A stretch of 8,741 bases of DNA from Zygophlyctis sp. KS116. Taxonomy: Eukaryota > Fungi > Chytridiomycota. The position numbers and the translations under genes were made by a program. The stretch covers positions 1 through 8,741 of the forward strand of contig BAAFSQ010000368.1 in the NCBI GenBank assembly GCA_054661495.1, in the 5' to 3' direction. Below, one piece after another: positions 7,124 to 8,741 of the stretch; within the stretch, counting starts at the first letter, position 1, and every line of letters begins with the position of its first letter. The notes beneath the pieces were generated by a model. The model saw only the letters and a program-made list of their open reading frames with translations. It searched no databases and was not told the DNA's origin.

Positions 7124-8455
7124 TTAAAAACCGAAATCCGAGGCCATATCGCTTTCTGAATAATTTTCAACATCAGAATCGTCCATGCCAGAAAGATATT
7201 GATTTGGTTCTTTTTGAACTTCATCCATTAGATTACCCCTTTTCAGATTACCCTGTAGAATCAAGTGCCTAGTTCTACATTGCCTTTGAGTACGCCCAGG
7301 AATCATTTCCGCAATCTTTACCCAAGAAGCCCCATGAATTTCAAAACCTTGACGGAGCAACTCGTCTTCTTCTGAATTCCATTTCCCACGCCTATTTAGA
7401 TTAGTTTTAGAAAAAAATTACTTCATTCTTGGATCTAAAGACTCATTATATCTAACCATACAAGCAGGACCAGACCTACCTGGAATCTTATCAGCAATTG
7501 CAGACCAAGCAGTAATAGAATTTTTCTTTATGGGCCCATGTTCCTTTACATATTCTTCAAAAGCTCTTAATAGTGCAGCATCCTCTGCCTTGTACCATCT
7601 CCCTTTAACTTTCTTTCCTACAACTGTTTTCCACCTATAAGCACATTGTTGAGCAGACTTTTCTGGAACAAAAGCAGTCACTATATTCCAATCATGTCCA
7701 TGTAACCCAACAGTTTTCTTTAAAATCAAATCTTGTTCTTGAGACCATTCCTCTTGAGAAACTTGAACCTCTTTTACAACATTAGACTCTTTATAATCTT
7801 TTTCTAGTAAAGAATTTGATAAATTTTGTAGTGCAGTCATAAATTCCGACTCTTGAGAATTTTCTTCAAATTCATTCTGTGAGACAACTTGTGACAATGG
7901 AGAAGGATTTAATACACTTGTTTTTGAAATTTGAGGAGTTATAGGAGGTGTAATTTCTACTTTGGATTCATAATCAGTCAACATTGTCTTATCATTATTA
8001 CTTTCTGGAGGAGAAGTATTAATTAGAGATTCAATTACTTGCATTTGTTGTAATACAACTTGTTGTTGAATTTCTTGTTGAAATTGCTGTTGAGCAACTT
8101 GTTGTTGAGCTGCTTGTAGTTGATGTATAGCATTAGAAACATCCGCATCCATCATCAGACCAGCTGTATTGACCAAGGGAAGCATAGAATTAGATAAAAT
8201 AGCAGAATTTAATCTTTCAAAAGCCAATTTTGACTCTTTGAGCTGATTTTCCAGCGAAGAAATTTCAGAATTTTTGTCTTTGAGCAGAGACTCCAATTCA
8301 GAGATTTTCAAATTTAAATTGTTTTCCTTGTCTGCAAATTCCTTTTTTAGGGTCAACTGTTGTCCTATTGTATCATGAATCAGTTTTTGCTGGGATTCCA
8401 TTGTCGAAGACAGAGATTCAAGCTTGGACTTGTAAGACTCTAGAGTTTCTTCCAT
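7124..8455 (-). CDS. Myb-like DNA-binding protein with three C-terminal Myb repeats, N-terminal coiled coil and Gln-rich region; complement(join(7124..7391,7422..8455)), 433 aa
   Basis: R1 WSQEQD..L...HGHDW..V...VPEKSAQQCAYRW; R2 KGRWYKAED...WSAIADKIPGRSGPACMVRY; R3 (after splicing) KRGKWNSEEDELL...HGASWVKIAEMIPGRTQRQCRTRH. Confidence 0.92.
7392..7421 (-). other. spliceosomal intron, 30 nt (Myb gene)
   Basis: Minus strand GTAATT...ACTAAT...AATAG; contains in-frame TAA; restores LDPRM-K-RGKW. Confidence 0.9.
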
Positions 8456-8650
8456 TGAATTTTTTGATTTTTTTTCTTTTTTTTTTCTTTTTTGAGCGAA
8501 AATTTGCGGAAAAACGTTGCAAAATTTTCATGGATTTCCCATTTCCATTTCCATTTCCGCTATTATCAATGTATTTTCGCTATAATAAATATTTTTTTTT
8601 TATAAAAGTTTAATAGACAATCCTTAATTCTTTTATCTAATTAATTGTAT
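8456..8650 (-). promoter_or_regulatory. Probable promoter/5' UTR of the Myb gene
   Basis: Longest intergenic gap in the window. It has poly(dA:dT) tracts (8460-8493, 8592-8601) and clustered GCG(G)AAA motifs. Positional inference only. Confidence 0.5.
8534..8558. repeat. (ATTTCC)x4 imperfect hexamer repeat upstream of the Myb gene
   Basis: atttccc atttcc atttcc atttcc. Confidence 0.8.
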
Positions 8651-8740
8651 TTAAATGAGCAAACTAAGTTCGGACGGATTCCTGTTAGGTTCCCAGAAAC
8701 TTTTGTTGAAATGATCTTGGCCAGTAGTTATAGTTTTAGA
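8651..8740 (-). CDS. Probable 3' end of an upstream minus-strand gene (...SKTITTGQDHFNKSFWEPNRNPSELSLLI*)
   Basis: The only minus-strand frame open from the window edge, ending at TAA 8653-8651. It is more GC-rich than the adjacent intergenic DNA. Too short to identify. Confidence 0.35.
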   Translation of the reverse strand, partial: SKTITTGQDHFNKSFWEPNRNPSELSLLI

Positions 8741-8741
8741 C

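Noticed and set aside
6924-7127. 67-aa plus-strand ORF
   Set aside because: Alternative frame over the hydrolase's last intron and exon.
7526-7549. In-frame 24-nt GTA...AAG segment in the Myb R2 loop as a hidden intron
   Set aside because: It contains GGGCCC, unlike the AT-rich true introns, and encodes a Myb-like VKEHG; RNA-seq would settle it.
8368-8613. 81-aa plus-strand ORF with poly-Phe and FPFPFP
   Set aside because: Translation of poly-T and ATTTCC repeats, antisense to the Myb start.
1-8741. tRNA, rRNA, CRISPR array or transposon
   Set aside because: No repeat-spacer array, terminal repeats, transposase motifs or structured RNA gene seen; nearly all sequence is accounted for by CDS.

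Overview
AT-rich, very gene-dense eukaryotic DNA using the standard code (TAA, TAG and TGA all terminate genes). It is most likely an early-diverging, chytrid-like fungus, which is an inference. The fragmented ORF track is explained by 13 ultra-short GT-AG introns of 24-31 nt. Spliced by hand, the window holds: (1) the 3' ~793 codons of Tudor-SN/SND1 (+, 7 introns); (2, 3) a tandem pair of diverged paralogues (509 aa and 422 aa) sharing five CxxC motifs plus a C-x3-H motif, one intron position, and a C-terminal domain that reads like a degenerate GNAT acetyltransferase fold; (4) a small unassigned ORF; (5) a bacterial-type alpha/beta-hydrolase (acetyl esterase-like) with two introns and an N-terminal hydrophobic segment, an HGT candidate; (6) a convergent minus-strand protein with an N-terminal coiled coil and three C-terminal Myb repeats; and probably the 3' end of another minus-strand gene. 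The best candidate for an undescribed system is the zinc-finger + GNAT-like paralogue pair. The minimal introns with atypical splice signals and the 44-123 bp intergenic spacers are also notable.
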